Positions 63,562 to 64,000 of a DNA stretch of 64,000 nucleotides are shown in pieces. Every line of letters starts with the position of its first letter. The stretch's first letter is position 1. The stretch is from an uncultured Gemmatimonadales bacterium. Its GTDB lineage: Bacteria > Gemmatimonadota > Gemmatimonadetes > Gemmatimonadales > GWC2-71-9. A program made the position numbers and the translations under genes. Location: positions 960,001 through 1,024,000 of the forward strand of contig CAWHFW010000002.1 in assembly GCA_963828735.1 (NCBI GenBank). The letters run 5' to 3'. The notes below the pieces were generated by a model, which saw only the letters and a program-made list of their open reading frames with translations, was not told where the DNA came from and searched no databases.

Positions 63562-64000
63562 TGAATGCAGCCAGAGTGATGAGGGGCGAGCTCGAGTCTG
63601 CCCGTGGGAACGCAGGACTCGTGCAGGTCGCTTCTAAACCGACAATCACAAGCGATGTATGGTCTTAGCGGGGATGCCCATGGCGGGCCAGCGCCCGGAC
63701 CCGCTGACATCGCGCAACACTTTGCGGGACTGCGCGCCACGCTCGCTCAAGCGTAACAGGTTGTGGCACAGAAACGCGATCCGATGTGGGCCCGCAACAC
63801 CGGCCCTGCGGCCGATGGCGGGGGCCTAGGCGAATACTGTAGCCCCTAACGCCCTGTTCGGAAAGGGGTTAGTGTTACAAGACGTCTTGCGCTATTCGGT
63901 CCGGGTACCGCCGAAATTTGCGGCGTCATCCTTGAACACAACTGTGGCAGTCCCCTGCGGCCATTCCAGCTCTCACGCGGACGTGGTGTATGACTCAGCA

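Overview
GC-rich bacterial chromosome segment. Gene style and content suggest a Gemmatimonadota-like organism (inference, not searched). The left ~26 kb looks accessory and begins beside a tyrosine-integrase remnant. It holds a lipoprotein serine hydrolase, a copper nitrite reductase (nirK) with a DUF542/cupin/membrane-protein trio, solA and sdaA, a lanthanide-type (D-Y-D) PQQ dehydrogenase with a fused two-haem cytochrome c, asnB, and a His/Cys-rich leader ORF followed by a TonB receptor and a CPCC propeller lipoprotein. The middle (~23-39 kb) is dense in signalling genes, including an 11-repeat poly-HAMP hybrid kinase. The right part is housekeeping-like: a MoxR/DUF58 operon, an RDD-SpoIIM fusion, rho, ruvX, mltG, thiE, aroH, an RlmI-like methyltransferase, tdh-kbl, mpg, an NYN-LOTUS gene and a sigma54 regulator operon. 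Three genes carry single-base +1 frameshifts that may be assembly errors. I recognised no rRNA, tRNA or CRISPR. The best leads are a possible alcohol-to-nitrite periplasmic electron wire, a metal-sensing leader peptide ending in TAPP, a switch-like RNA leader on the NYN-LOTUS gene, a stand-alone DHp microprotein, two paralogous orphan small proteins bracketing the kinase cluster, and divergent leaderless promoters. All calls come from motif reading; no database search was run.
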